A stretch of 64,000 nucleotides of DNA from Octopus vulgaris (lineage: Eukaryota): contig OX597830.1 of NCBI GenBank assembly GCA_951406725.2, forward strand, positions 38,068,001-38,132,000, given 5' to 3'. The number at the start of each line of letters is the position of its first letter. The first letter of the stretch is position 1. The position numbers and the translations under genes are program-made. Below the pieces are notes generated by a model, which saw only the letters and a program-made list of their open reading frames with translations, ran no database searches and was not told the origin of the DNA. This document shows positions 27,438 to 42,430 of this stretch, in pieces.

Positions 27438-27889
27438 TTGTGTAGTGTATTTAGAACTTGTATCACTTCAAAATATAGATGCGAAAAGAGATGACTTAAG
27501 TGCGAAAAACTAAAACAAGTTTCATAAAAATCTATACAAATTTTGTATCATAATCTGTGGACTCAGAGCATAGAAGACAGAGTTGTATCATAAATCGAGA
27601 TTACCACGTCATATTCGGAATTGAACCCTTTAACATTGGGGTTACTTTGTCAAATGCAATGCTTATTTATTTACATTGTTTTGAATTAATCATGCAGAAT
27701 CTCATAGCTTCGAGATTTGAATGAGAGGATTCCTTATGTTTTAAGAAAACATTGTAAAGCAGGTGTGAGAGGCGGGATTTGAACATAAAACTGGTAGAAC
27801 ATCTGGTTCTGATAAGTGCGGTGTAAAAAGAGTCTACTTGAGAGTGATTATGGTTTCCCATTGTATGTATGTATAAATATATATATAGG

Positions 27890-28200
27890 GTGACTCCCTT
27901 CTGTCATGAATGACCATGGGATTGCACCTAGACAGTTACCCCACGAGAGACAAGTCAGAGTAAGACAAGTCATACCAGCTTCCCCTCTGCACGCCACCGA
28001 TGTTATCCAAGGGAAAGGCAAAGGCCGTTATAGCTTGGCACTTGTGATGTCGTAACTCAGTGCTACAGCTCAATGAAATGGAGCAACGTAAAATAAAATG
28101 TCTTGCTCAAGAACACAACAGGCAGCATGGTCTGGGAATGGAACTCACAAACTCACAATCGTAAGCTCGACGTTCTAACCACTGAGCCATGCTCCTTCAC
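27890..28200 (-). mobile_element. CORE-like SINE (family B head and core, different tail)
   Basis: Head GCATGGCTCAGTGGTTAGA..GAGTTCCATTCCC, core GTGTTCTTGAGCAAGACATTTTATTTTACGTTGCTCCA. The tail is unrelated to the other family B copies. Confidence 0.75.
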
Positions 28201-28569
28201 ACACACACACTCCCCCCCCCCCCCCCACACACACACACTAATGAATGAATGGTTGCTCGACCAGCTATCAAAGTAGCCGGATGTCCAGGCGCATAGCGAA
28301 GGGGTTTTGGCATCTGTGTCCTCAGCAAGAAATTCTACATCACGTTTTTTCTCTTCCATGCAGTTAAGAAGAAAATACTATTTGATGTGACGAAGCACCC
28401 AGGCTGAGCTTTCATAACTCAGCAATGCTAACGGTTTAGTGGTACGGCTAAAAGGAAGTTATGATTGAAGACGGATGGACCCAGCAGTGGATTGACTGCT
28501 TTGCTATAGCCTCTCTTTACACCTCATCTTACATACATATATACATACATACATACATACATACATACA

Positions 28570-28600
<31 letters not shown>

Positions 28601-29280
28601 GAGATCGATGTAGTGAGAACGTCATTGGTCATAGATACCAATTTGAGTTTGGTCAAGGCCTAAATTATGACGGGAAAAGCAAGTAAAACATTGGTAAAAT
28701 AAACAGTATTATAACTACTTACAACAAACAGATGTTACAACCATATGATTCTTTCATTCTTACATCAACGCAAAACTGTTAACGTTAGTATTACGTTTTT
28801 GACGTAGACATCCAACACGACAAACGTGATTGAAAGCAAAATATTGAAATTTTGCAACATTTCAAAAGCCAGGAATTGAACACAAAAATCTTACACGAAA
28901 AAAAAACAAAAAAACAGAAACACAAAGGCATCAGAATATATGTGCACATACACACATAATCACATATATTCAATATATTGATTGATTGGAAACTATAAAT
29001 ATTGGAAGTCGAAAAAGACATGTGGTTCGATTCCTGTTGGGGGCCTCCGTTAATTTGCCGCGAATTCTTTTCGAATTTGGATATAAATACATACATCCCA
29101 CCCATATATATTTATTTATTGTGTGTGTGCGTACCTATATGTATGTGTATGTGTATTTCTGTAATATTCTATAGTAAAGTTTCATAAGCGATGCATTTAG
29201 AAATTATCCATCTGTTGGGACAACTAATTTGCAATATTTTTCTATCATTTGTCATTCAACATTTACTTTTCTTCTCTAGA

Positions 29281-29670
29281 TAGATCGACTCCAGTACGTA
29301 ACTGGTATTTAATGGCAGAAACGTTAGCGCGCCGGGCGAAATGCTTAGCGGTATTTCGTCTGCGTTACGTTGTGAGTTCAAATTCCGCCGAGGTCGACTT
29401 TGCCTTTCATCCTTTCGGAGTCGATAAATTAAGTACCAGTTACGCACTGGGTTCGATGTAATCGACTTAATACCTATGTCTGTCCTTGTTTGTCCCCTCT
29501 GTGTTTAGCCCCTTGTGGGTAATAAAGAAATAGTAATTTAATTTATCTACCCCGAAAGCATGAAAGGCTAATTCGACCTCGACGGAATTTGAACTCAGAG
29601 CGTAACGGCACGCGAAATACGACTACACATTTCGCCCGGCGTGCTAACGTTTCTGCCAGCAGGCCGCCTT
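29281..29670 (-). mobile_element. SINE family A (minus) interrupted by a plus-strand family A copy
   Basis: Outer pieces 29281-29310 and 29534-29670 are contiguous parts of the family A consensus. Confidence 0.85.
29311..29532 (+). mobile_element. SINE family A, near full length
   Basis: TGGCAGAAACGTTAGC head, GAGTTCAAATTCC B-box, core and tail. Confidence 0.92.
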
Positions 29671-30019
29671 TTTCAACTTTTACTTATTTCATTCAGTTGA
29701 CTACGGTCAGCCTAGAATACCGCCAAGAAGACTGTCAATGAAGCAAATCCAACCCAGTACCTCACATCTACAAACTCATAGACTTAAAAATTATATACGA
29801 CGGACTTTCCTTCTGCCAAATTAAATAAAGGGTATCCGTCGGATCCGGTGCTCTAGCAGAAGACACTTGATTAACGTGTCTGTCAAGGCACACTTCATAC
29901 GCACACACAATTGCCTGACCCTCTACAGGATTTGATGACGATAAAAATGTTCCTAATAAAAAGAAAATACTCGGTCGTTACAATGAGGAGTGTTCCAATT
30001 GAACTTATGCACGGAAGAG

Positions 30020-30213
30020 CGTAACAGTCAGGGAGATTCAACGTGACACTGAATATGACGAGGCTGGCGCTTGACAGTAGAGGTACAAATCATTTCTGGA
30101 CCAACGTGAAATAAAATGTCTTGTTCAACACAACACGCCGCAAGCTATCAAACTCAGGACCTTACGATCGACGGCCGAATACTTCTAGCCACTAAGCTAC
30201 GCAGGGGCCTTCG
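30020..30213 (-). mobile_element. SINE family B, diverged
   Basis: CAGGGAGATTCA.CGTGACAC..CAACGTGAAATAAAATGTCTTG..CCACTAAGC matches the other family B copies. Confidence 0.7.
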
Positions 30214-30933
30214 CAATAATACTCTATTTCAGCTATTCCAAATTCAGTGAAACAATCACAAATTAGCCATTTTACAGCTAAATCTACTGTCTCATACACT
30301 GATATGTACGTTTAAACGGTTCTTGATCATAAGTTCATGATAGAAGAGGATAAGAAGTGTTAACATGTCTGACTTTAAAACTAGACATACAATCCATTTG
30401 GAAAAATATTGCGTTTCGTTATTTCGTCGAAGACATACGCAAACACAACCGAACTCGCACACATGTACACTGAAATGCCTACAAACACACGAGTATGTTT
30501 AGACATCTATCATTCTCTGATACATGTTCATCCACGCAGAAAAAATCTGATGCAAAGGCGCACGTCCATACGTGCCTGTCTGTGGGTGTGTTATGTAGGT
30601 GTGTATTTGACTGTATGTGCCTGCATGTAGATAGATAAACTATGGATGACGTTACGTGATGAATGATATGAGATGGTATATAAACACACATTGAAAATGT
30701 CGGACATAAATACGTCAATATATAGATTGCATATATCTATTATTGGTAGACACATATCGTATATATATATAAATATATATATATATAAATGTATATATAT
30801 ATAAACAATTGCAGCGTGGAAGGTGTTTATATATATATACATTCTATATATATATAAATATATATATATACATACATACACATATATATATGCATATAAA
30901 TACACACACACACATATATATATACATGTGTAC

Positions 30934-30997
<64 letters not shown>

Positions 30998-32262
30998 TAC
31001 CTACATATATATGTATATATATACATGCATATATGGGTACAGGACATACTAACCGTAGACAGAATGAGAAACGAGTGTATAAAAAAACGAAAAACATAGA
31101 AAACGAACTTTTCTTCGAACAACGAAAGAAACAAACAAACAGAGAAACGAGACAGGCAACACAAAGAACATTCCCTTCATCAGTTGTCTCCTGTTTTGTC
31201 TACTCCGCGTTTCGAAGATAGTTATTACTCTTCTAATTCTCTATTTATGAATCACCAGTTCATGTCAATTCCTTTACGGTCTTTTAAAAGATTTTTCATT
31301 CAAAAAATTTCGATTGTTCCTGTTTTTTTATCATATGAATAACTTTGCTAAACTTTGCTTATAAAGGACAGTACCCTACGTTTAGAATGGGAATTCCATC
31401 AAATCTGAGTGTAAACCCGAAATAAGTTCCATGTGACAATAATACTTGGGCAAAATCACAATTTCCTCTTGCGAAATACTATTCAATCAGCTTCTGGCGA
31501 AATTACTCGTTATATTATCTTTCTAATTTCTACAATCAGTAATTCTTTTGTGATTCTACCGTCGAATACTTATAAATAGAAGTTCTAATTTCTCCTTGGC
31601 AACCATAGGGTTTGCTATCATCCATCTCTGCTCTGCATCTTCGTAAACATTTAGATATATGTGTGTGTGTCTGTGTTTGTATGTGTGTATTTGGACATAT
31701 ATTTATGTACGTGTGTGTGTGTGTGTGTGTGCGTTTGTATTTATGTATATGTACTTATGCATGTGTATGTGTATGTGTATGTGTGTGTGTGTGTGTCTCT
31801 GTGTGTGATTGTGTCTATATATGTGTGTGTGTGTTCCTCTTGATAATTGCCAGCATGTAATACTTGAAACTAGCGCTTTCCCGCAGTCGTTCACTACATT
31901 TATCATCTCAGATTGACCAACATCGACAGCATTGTCTATTTCCCCCACAAATAATATATAATGCTACATAATCCGTTGTGCCTTTTCTGAAAAGAACAGG
32001 ATGTGAAAGTCAAGCTGGCTCACAATATCACAGAGTGATCTATCGCTTACGATTTCTTTTATTAGCTTGAGCCAATAGACGTTTTCCCAGCAAGAATCAG
32101 ACTGACGGTGTGAAATTCATTATTAGACACATCACACGTTTTATTCTGGTGCACTTTCAAAGATTATCAAAAAACTCTGTTTCTTCTCTTTCCAAATAAA
32201 TACAAAACATACGCATCATTTTATACGTTGCTTAAATATATTCATTGCGACAAGAAATATAA

Positions 32263-32333
<71 letters not shown>

Positions 32334-32542
32334 AATATCAAAGGGAAATGGACTCGCTAAAACATGATCAGAAACCAATTGGTACAGGGTACTAGATGGT
32401 AAATGTTTTTCATTTCCAAATTTATTCCTGTCGAATTTTATCTGTTATTTTTGTGGTTTACAGAACCTTGGTGTTCTTTCTAATGTGTTTAATTCACGTT
32501 AAAGTTGATTCTTTATGTGTATAAATATACACTATATCGTAT

Positions 32543-32625
<83 letters not shown>

Positions 32626-32671
32626 CATTATATATGTGTGTGTGTGTGTGTGATATGTATGTATTTAAGGA

Positions 32672-32983
32672 GCACTGCGTCGGATACGACGACGAGGGTC
32701 CCAGCTTATACGATTAAAGAGGTAGCTTGTTCGTGAAATTATCGTGTAAGTGGCTGAGCACTCCACAGACACGTGTACCCTTAACGTAGTTCTCAGGGTG
32801 ACACAGAGTGGAACAAGGCTGGCCCTTTGGAATAGAGGTACCACTCATTTTTGCCAGTTGAGTGGACTGGAGCAATGTGAAAAGAAGTGTTTTGCTAAAG
32901 GACACAATTTGTCGCCGGGAATTGAACTCACAACCTTGCGATCGTGAGCCGAATGCCCTAACTACTAAACCACGCGCCTTCAC
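32672..32983 (-). mobile_element. tRNA-derived CORE-like SINE family B, near full length
   Basis: Head GCGTGGTTTAGTAGTTAGGG..GAGTTCAATTCCC, CORE-like GTGTCCTTTAGCAAAACACTT, tail to ..CCCTCGTCGTCGTATCCGACG. Confidence 0.9.
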
Positions 32984-33021
32984 AATATATATATATATAT
33001 ATATACACACACGCATATATG

Positions 33022-33092
<71 letters not shown>

Positions 33093-33179
33093 TATATATA
33101 CATGTGTGTTTGTAAAAAGAAGAAACGGCAGTAACATGAAGAAAAAGAAAGTGCTCTTTTACAAGTTCGCTTCGTCTTT

Positions 33180-33545
33180 TATCTCTTAATTGTTTCAGTT
33201 ATTAGATTGTGGCCAGGATGTGGCGCCGCGTTGGAGAATCTTATTCGAACGAAGAATAAACTCCAGTACATACACTATTTTTAATGGAGTTCCCTTTAAC
33301 CGATCTTCTATGTTACGCACACGTAAACACACCAACATCGGTTGACAAGCCGGTGGAGGGGTTCACAAACACACACACATATTCATATGTATATACATGA
33401 CGGGATTTCAATTTCTGTCAAGTAAATCCGCTCACAAGACCTTGATCTAGTGGAACAGAATTGCCCGAGGTACCACTCAGTAGGACTGAATCCAAACCCA
33501 AGTAGTTGGCAAGCAAGCTTCTTGGCACACAGCCAACATACGCCT
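33180..33545 (-). mobile_element. SINE family C, diverged
   Basis: Colinear with the reverse complement of 57699-58081. Confidence 0.75.
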
Positions 33546-34053
33546 AGCTGAAAGTATTTATAACATAGACTCTTGCTGCTTAGATCTGCGCCGTCTTTGA
33601 TGGGGCGACCATGCGAGCAAATGTCCTCGAGGTGTCATAAGTGTCTTGCTAATGTATGACTAGTTTAACAAAGGCTGTTCCGCCTTCTGAGACAGAAGGG
33701 GTAACTTTGAAGCCATTTTTATATTATGTTATATACAGCAAATCGAACAAACAAGTTCGGGCTCTTTCTTACGCATTTTTCTTTTGGTTTTGAACCCTAA
33801 AATCAACCGTCTTTAAAAATGGTGTCCGGTCAATACTTCTGCAATATTAAGCAAGGCTAATTTCTACCGTTTGAGGGTATTTTGCGTTAGATTATATGTT
33901 GGAAACTTGATTTTAAAAAATATATGTACGCTACGATAAAAAGATTACGTTGAGAATGCAAGTAGTGAGCTTGACTGACTACGTAAAACTTAATTATTCG
34001 CAATGGAGTCAAACATTTATGTAACGTTTTGCACCTAAAACATGCTGGCGATA

Positions 34054-34123
<70 letters not shown>

Positions 34124-34475
34124 TACATGCATATATATATATATATATATATATAATACAAAAGCACATGCACACAGAAAAGTATACAAACACATATACA
34201 CACATATGCACACACACACCCTCATATATGTAGATATTTGTATAGAGAGTGACGGTGATATAGATAGAAAGCGATATTGATGTCCATCTCAGGATACACA
34301 ACACACACACACACAGACACACACACACACAGACACATATATTTATTATATAGGTACATACTTGTCCATATATCTGTATATATACAAACAACCCCTGCGC
34401 ACATGGTCTTATCTATCTATCAATCTATCTATCCATCTTTGTCTCTTTCTCTCTCTCTCACTCTCTCTCTCTGTC

Positions 34476-34507
<32 letters not shown>

Positions 34508-34625
34508 AAGAGAGGGAGAGAGAGAGAGGGAGACAGAGAGAGGGGGAGACAGACAGAGTTAAACAGTATTACTGCAACGGTTTTTCTTTGGGGACGGGGG
34601 TATTTAATGATCCAGTTGCAACTTC

Positions 34626-34673
<48 letters not shown>

Positions 34674-34754
34674 TCAGACATAAACATATATATTTTAAAA
34701 TATATATATTCTAAAATCTTTATCTAGTTTCAGCTCACATGCTGGGGCACCGCC

Positions 34755-34824
<70 letters not shown>

Positions 34825-35423
34825 ATATATTCAGACATATGAATATATATATATATATGTGTGTGGGTATGTGTGTGTGTGTGTGTGTGTGAGTGTATAT
34901 ATATGTATACATATTAATATATTTATATATATACATATTTGTATGTATATGTATATATATATGTATGTGTGTGTGTATGTTTGTGTATGTATATATGTGT
35001 GTGTGCATATATATTTGTATATACATATATATATATTTATATATATATATATATATATGCATACACACACACACACATATATATACATATATAGAGAGTG
35101 AGAGATTGATAGATAGTAGATAGATATATAGATAGATAGATGAATAGATAGATGGATAAATAGATTGATAGATAGAAAGATAAGTAGATATAGATATGAT
35201 GTTTGCATGGACATATTCAGAGTTAAATATTTCGAAAAAAAGCCTCACCCTATTTCCTTTATAATAAATTATAAAACACATTCTACCAAAAATTACGACG
35301 TTTAGAACATAGGCATATGTGTCCGGTGAAGTACGTGTCAACTTTTCAGGCGCAGGCTCACATTCATATATACAAACATAAGTGCGCTCATATACATATA
35401 CAGAAACGTAGAAACACACACAC

Positions 35424-35490
<67 letters not shown>

Positions 35491-36035
35491 CACTTACAGA
35501 AACACACACAAAAAACATGCATATGCGCACACAAACACGCATATAATTACATCTTCATTCATAACTTTCAAAATGTTTAACTTCAAATCGCCTATTTCTT
35601 ATAAGGTTACATATATACGCACGTATATATGTCCATAAGTAAAACTGAACACAAATGTATATGCGTACATGCACCGAGAAAAGGAGAGGGAGAGAGAGGG
35701 AGTGAGAAACAGAGGGAAAAAAAAGTTCTGAAGACTGATGCACAGATATACAGATATAAAGATAGATATCCAGGTATCCAGACGAAAAAGAGAAGCACGT
35801 ATGTCTAATGATAGATAAAGATATATACATATGTAAGTGAAAGAAGAAGAAGAACATAGAGAGATATGACCGAGAGACGAAATAAAATACAGGAGAAAAC
35901 AACAAAACAACAAAAAATAAATTATATACCATTAGTATTCAAACGCTATTGCACGTATGTATTGTATGATTATGAGTTTGTATACATGTGTTTATATTTA
36001 TGCCTTTGTGTGTGCATATATACAAACACGTTACG

Positions 36036-36066
<31 letters not shown>

Positions 36067-36208
36067 GTACATACACACAAACACACACACACACACACAT
36101 ATATATAGATATATATATATATACACATACATACATTTATATATATATATACATACATATACATATACACATACATACATTTATATATATATATACATAT
36201 GTATATAT

Positions 36209-36239
<31 letters not shown>

Positions 36240-36292
36240 CATACATATGTATATATACATACATACATATGTATATATACACACACACATAT

Positions 36293-36342
<50 letters not shown>

Positions 36343-36546
36343 GTATATATACATATATATACTCACACATACATGTTTGTACGTACAGGGTATGTCAGAT
36401 GGAGCGAGAAAAGTGAGGTAGACAGACAGCGAAGTAAACAGTACAAAATCGACGACCCGTGCAAATAAACAGATAGAAACATACATATCTAGAAAGATAG
36501 ACATAAACATGCATATATATATATATATATATACAAACACACACAT

Positions 36547-36705
36547 CTATCTATCCATCTGTCTGTCTGTCTGTCCGTCTGTCTAACTATCTGTCTGCCT
36601 GTCTATTTATCTGTCTGTCTGTCTAACTATCTATCTGTCAGTCTATGTCTGTCTGTCTGTCTGTCTGTCTGCCTATCTATCTATCTGTCTATCTATCTAT
36701 CTATA

Positions 36706-36745
<40 letters not shown>

Positions 36746-36967
36746 CTATCTATCTTTATATCTATCTATGTATGTATGTACGTATGTAAGTATGTATGTA
36801 TGTATCTATTTATATCTATATATGTTATACATGTACATGTGCAAAGCCATTTATATACACACATGAAGCTAAATTTTCCCCAAACTTCTACTCGTACATA
36901 TATATACATACATACATGCATATATGTTTGTGTGTGTGCATGTATATATACATACACACATACGCGC

Positions 36968-37029
<62 letters not shown>

Positions 37030-37030
37030 G
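36547..37030. repeat. (TCTG)/(TCTA)/(TATG) and (GA)n microsatellites
   Basis: Seen directly. Confidence 0.93.
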
Positions 37031-38563
37031 GGGAGACCGGGTAAGTGAGAGATGAGCCTGAAAATACATATTACCTTCTGAAAAGTCATACAGTTAATAA
37101 AATAAATACAACAATAAACGAAGAAAAATTCCGAGATACATGATTCCTGGAAATATGAAATACTTAGTAAAATATCAAAACCAACTAGACTTTCGAAAAG
37201 AATAACAATTTGCTTACCTTTTGATGAAAATTACTCTCTTAAAAATTTTGACGTGATCTAGTTGCTTTGTTTTTATATAGTTATAGATATATATGTATAT
37301 ATATATGTATATATATATTTTTTATTTTGTTCCTTTTACTTTCGATTCAGCTAAGCCGTTTTATATCTTGTTCTTTTCGCTCATACTTTAATTTTTCTTA
37401 ATTTCGTAAATTCTTCGTTTTAAAAATGTTCGCATTGATTAAGTAATTCAGCAGCTTTCGGCGTTTAGAACGCATTCTAAAACATACTTTAGTTTTGACA
37501 ATCCACCTTCATTCATCCCGCCCTCCCCTTCACGCACTCTCACACACTCACACTATCTCTCTCTAATAAATACAAACCGACACACATATATACTCACGCT
37601 CTTTCTTTCTCTCTCTCTCTTTCCCTCCGTGTATTTCTCCGTCTTCCAGTCTTATATTTTCTCTTTCTTTCGCTCCGCCTGCTCCTCTATCAATCACCCT
37701 CGTATCTCTCAAACAGCAAACGTACAGACACAGTGAATGCGCACAGCACTCTCTGTTCCCCTAATTTTTCTTTCAAGTGACTTGGCGCTCTTCCTTTCGC
37801 GTCCAACTACTTGTGCTTGCACAGTGAAAGTACGGAAGTTGAATATTTACAGAGACAGAACATGGAAAATATAGTATGGAACACACTGTATATAGCATTA
37901 TCGTAAACGTGGATTTTTTTTTTATTCTTATTTTTTACGTTATTAAAATATACAAAGCAAAACACAGTCGCATATATCATGAATTAATGAACTGCACGCT
38001 GCCAGCTAATATCTATGTGTATATATGGGCGTGTATGTTTATCTTTGTAGATGTGTATATACAAATGAGTGTTTTTCTGTACACGCGGACCCACCCGCAA
38101 CATAGACACATACAAACACACGTACACATTGGCACACACTCCCTCTCCCTCTCCTTCTCTCTCACTCTATCTATCTACCTATTTCTATCTCTCACATATA
38201 CCTCTTTATGTATGTCAATATTTACTAATAAATGCACAGACACATTCACACACACACGCACACACACGGACAAACACATCCATAAACAGACATATACACA
38301 CACATATTTAGATATATGTGTGTATGTATCTGTGTTAGTACGTATGTATAGGGGTAAGTGTGTATATTTTTATATGAAAATATATATCAGTATGCATGCA
38401 ATTGTATATATATGTGTGCATATGCACGTGTGAGTGCACGTTGTGCGTGTGTGTTACATGCGTGTATAACACATGAACACACATGGAACAATATATATAT
38501 ATATATATATATCTTATATTATACCTAAATATATTTATGCATATATGTATATATATATATGTA

Positions 38564-38619
<56 letters not shown>

Positions 38620-38651
38620 TATATATATGTATATATGTGTATGGATATATG

Positions 38652-38682
<31 letters not shown>

Positions 38683-40639
38683 ATGTGTGTGTATACATGT
38701 ATATAAATATACACATACATATACGTGTATACGTACGTATACAAGTACATACACACACATATCCATAAGTACGTATGCATATCCATATACGTACATTCAT
38801 ACATATATAAAGCAATTTTTTTTTATTGACTCTGTTCTATTAATTATCTACATAAGATCAATCCCATGGTTTCATTTTCTTTCTCGGGAATTGTTTGAAG
38901 ATGACCCTGACAATTTACTGCTCGTCTCGGAATGTTCATTTGCTATAAATATTGCATCTGATCAAATCCAGGGAGAGTTCACCTAGGACTTTATTGATAA
39001 GCAATAAACATATAAATATACAAGTAGATAATATCGAAAAAATATAACTGGAATCAACTAGAAAGATTTCGCTGTTCTATATACTGAGAAATATTTCTCT
39101 CCCTATATTTGTACTAGTTTATTCTCAAGGTACTAATTTACTCTAAGGAAATTCAATTCAACGAATAAGATTTCCCAAGCGCACACAACCATTCTCAGTT
39201 TACTTAGAGGACGTACTGTACCAGGAAAAGTCACAGGGTCTATCTACCTATGATATATTTCAAAGAATGGTACCCCTACACACAATTGCACCTTGCTAGA
39301 AGCATATTTGTCAACTAAAACGAATTCAAATTGAACATAGTGTTCACCACACATATGGCTTATACATACATGCATAAAAGGTCTTTATATAAAGTCTTGT
39401 GTATTTGCAAATGCAAATACAAGCAACGTTTCAAATAGAATATAAATATATACAGACCAGTACATGTGTGCGTGCGCGCGCGTGCTGGTGTACGTGATTC
39501 TGTGTGAGTGTGTATGTTGGTATACATATGACTGTAGTAGAGTAAAGTGTTAAAGTGTTGAATAGTTTGCTCCAAGTTAATAGTTGCGGTTTTCTGCGCA
39601 CTGACTTCAAGTAACGCCTTATGTCCCACGTACACACACACACACACACACACACAGACACACATATTCTTGCAGGCATACATGCATATGTATGTATATC
39701 TATGTAGTCATGCGTGTGTGCCTATGACTAGCTTTTAACATTTGAGTAACCTGTTGAAAAATCTACCCTACAAGTTTCCATAGTGTCTTTACATCTATTG
39801 TACATGGCATAAATCACTGTCTTTATATCAATATTTAAAGGTGAAGTGAAAATTAAGTATATGATGATTGGTATTTGAGGTGCAGTTTCTGTATCAGATG
39901 TCTTTCACCTAGACTGCTAAAATAAACGGATACTCGCATGTCAGCAGGGATTTGATTTAGGATTTGACATTCTACAAATGGATTTACTGCGCACCCAGAC
40001 AAATGCACCATAATTTCCGCTGCGTGAATTGAGATCATGTATCGCTGTAGACTACATAATATATTAATCTTTAGAAAGGTGGTGAGAACTCCAAACAGGA
40101 TAAAATTTCTGTCAACGTAAAATAAACACCAACATGCGCGTACTGACATACGAACCCGACAAAATCAAATATACTCACCAATGAAAGCAAAACTGCTTAT
40201 CTAAATGAAAGATACAATAACACGTACGCTTGTACAGAAGCAGAGACATGGCGAAAACAAGTAGTCTTAAGAAATAAGAAAATTACGTTTGCAAGAACGG
40301 AATCAGGAACAGCCAACACAAACTACAACTGCATTAAAACAAGCGCGTATACACGCGTACAAACACATGGACACAAATATAAACATACGTTTACCCCCAA
40401 AATGACATACAAACAACAAATGCATACTTAAACAAGAATATATAAAATCACGAAAGCAAAATAAATATACATAAAAGCATTGGGATTTCTTGGTGTTCAT
40501 AAAAGCGAAACTGAAACACGCACACAATCACACGCGTGCGCGTGCGTACACACACACACGCTCACATAATATAGTTAACGATGATAACTTACATATGTTT
40601 CGACCAAAGATTGGTCTAGGCATTGAGAAACATATAAGG

Positions 40640-40671
40640 TTTCTATCTATGTATCTGTCTATGTATATATT

Positions 40672-40705
<34 letters not shown>

Positions 40706-40727
40706 TCTATCTATCTATCTATCTATC

Positions 40728-40773
<46 letters not shown>

Positions 40774-40791
40774 TGGATGGATGGATGGATG

Positions 40792-40827
<36 letters not shown>

Positions 40828-40842
40828 TATAGATAGATATAT

Positions 40843-40912
<70 letters not shown>

Positions 40913-40950
40913 GGATCGATCGATCGATCGAAAGATAGATAGATAGACAC
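40640..40950. repeat. (TATG)-(TATC)-(TA)-(GA)-(GGAT)-(GATA) compound microsatellite
   Basis: Seen directly. Confidence 0.95.
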
Positions 40951-41343
40951 ACAAAAATCAAAAGTCAAACTGTTACATTCACGCACACATATATCATAAC
41001 CCACGACCTAGAATGGATCTCCTGCGAAAACCATGCCTGCAAAAGCGTGTTTGAAGTGACCAAGCACTATAGGAACAAACGAAATGTGTGAAATTATTTA
41101 TAAATAAATACGAGCACAGAATTATTAAAATACCGCCACAGTGGCAAGTGGAATATCAGCCGTACCGGCAAATTAATGAATTGTCTACATACAATATTAG
41201 ATATGTACATATATACACAAGGGTACTACATGAGCACCTACATCCAGAAAAAATACAAGTCAAACATACTTCTGTAACATCGAATAGTCACAGACCTACT
41301 ACAGACATAGTATTAGATTTTTAGACTTAATTAGCTGGTGGAT

Positions 41344-41401
41344 TTTGGCTGATGAGAAATCAGGTACCTATTTGGCGCTAAATTTCGAAACCGGTACCAA
41401 G
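41344..41401 (+). ncRNA. Minimal type I hammerhead ribozyme motif (Penelope-type), intact core
   Basis: Stem I TTTGG/CCAAG, core CTGATGA (41349-41355), stem II GAAAT/ATTTC, GAAA (41387-41390), palindromic stem III ACCGGT, cleavage triplet GUA with the predicted cut after 41396. Confidence 0.8.
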
Positions 41402-41715
41402 TTGACCAGCACTACGTGATCTGACGTTATCATTGTTTACTGAATTTTTTTCCTAACATGTCCGTAGTAGATGTGTGACTATTTCGTGGTACAGAAGTAT
41501 TTTTGACTTCTATTTTTTAGCGATGTAGGTACTCATATAGTGCCCTTGCGTATATATGTAAGGCTGATAATTCGCTTGCCGCTCGTGACGGTATGTTAAT
41601 AACATCCCTATATATATATATATATATATAACACACAGACAGACAGACAGACACACACATATATATACATATATATGTATATATATACATATATATATAT
41701 ATATATACATATGTT

Positions 41716-41788
<73 letters not shown>

Positions 41789-41821
41789 GTCTATCCTTTC
41801 TTTCGTATCTATCAATATTCT

Positions 41822-42225
41822 TCTATTTGTTTCACATTTATTTTTACTACGGCCATACTGGAGCACCACCCATAGTCATACAAATCGACCCCAGGAATTA
41901 TTCCTTGTAAGCCTAGTCTTTATTCTATCGATCTCTTTGGCCGAACCGCTAAGTTACAGGTACGTAAACACATCTACATCAGTTGTCAAGCGGTGGTGGT
42001 GGGACAAACACAGACACACAAACATATGCACACATGTATATATGTATATATATATATACATACAAAGGGCTTCTTTCAGTTTCCGTCCATCAGATCCACT
42101 CACAAGGCTTTGGTCGTCCCGAATCTATGGTAGAAAACATTTGCCCAAGGCCTCACGCAATGGGACTCATCCCGAAACTATGTGGTTTGTAACCAAGCTA
42201 CTTACCACACAGCCACACCTATGCC
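41822..42225 (-). mobile_element. SINE family C, near full length
   Basis: Reverse complement of the 57699-58081 family: head GTGGCTGTGTGGTAAG, CCTTGGGCAA core, internal TA/TG repeat, tail GGTGCTCCAG.ATGGCCG. Confidence 0.88.
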
Positions 42226-42282
42226 TATATATATAACATACATATGTGTGTATGCGTGTGTATATTAAAATGTACATATATT

Positions 42283-42430
42283 GTTGGCGACGTTTCCTGA
42301 GTATTCATTATTTCTCCTACTTTCTCTCTTTAGACTTACTTCTTTCTGACGAAAGAATTTCACCGAGCGTCACATCTATATATTGCTTGTGCACGTCATC
42401 ACGTTGTTTTATTTTTTATTTTTTGCTCCG
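42283..42430 (+). mobile_element. Degenerate copy of the hammerhead-bearing repeat at 58412-58625
   Basis: Colinear anchors GTTGGCGA, TTTCTGACGAA, GAGCGTC, CACGTC.TC.CGTTGTT. The GAAAC half of the ribozyme is deleted. Confidence 0.55.

Noticed and set aside
31170-31216. Minus-strand GAAACGCGG...CTGATGAAGGG
   Set aside because: Core halves are in an order needing a type II fold, but stems I and II do not pair and there is no UH cleavage site.
40174-40215. Possible minus-strand micro-exon (TTTCATTTAG..22 nt..GTGAGT)
   Set aside because: Splice-like motifs are common by chance, and there are no neighbouring exons or homology to support it.
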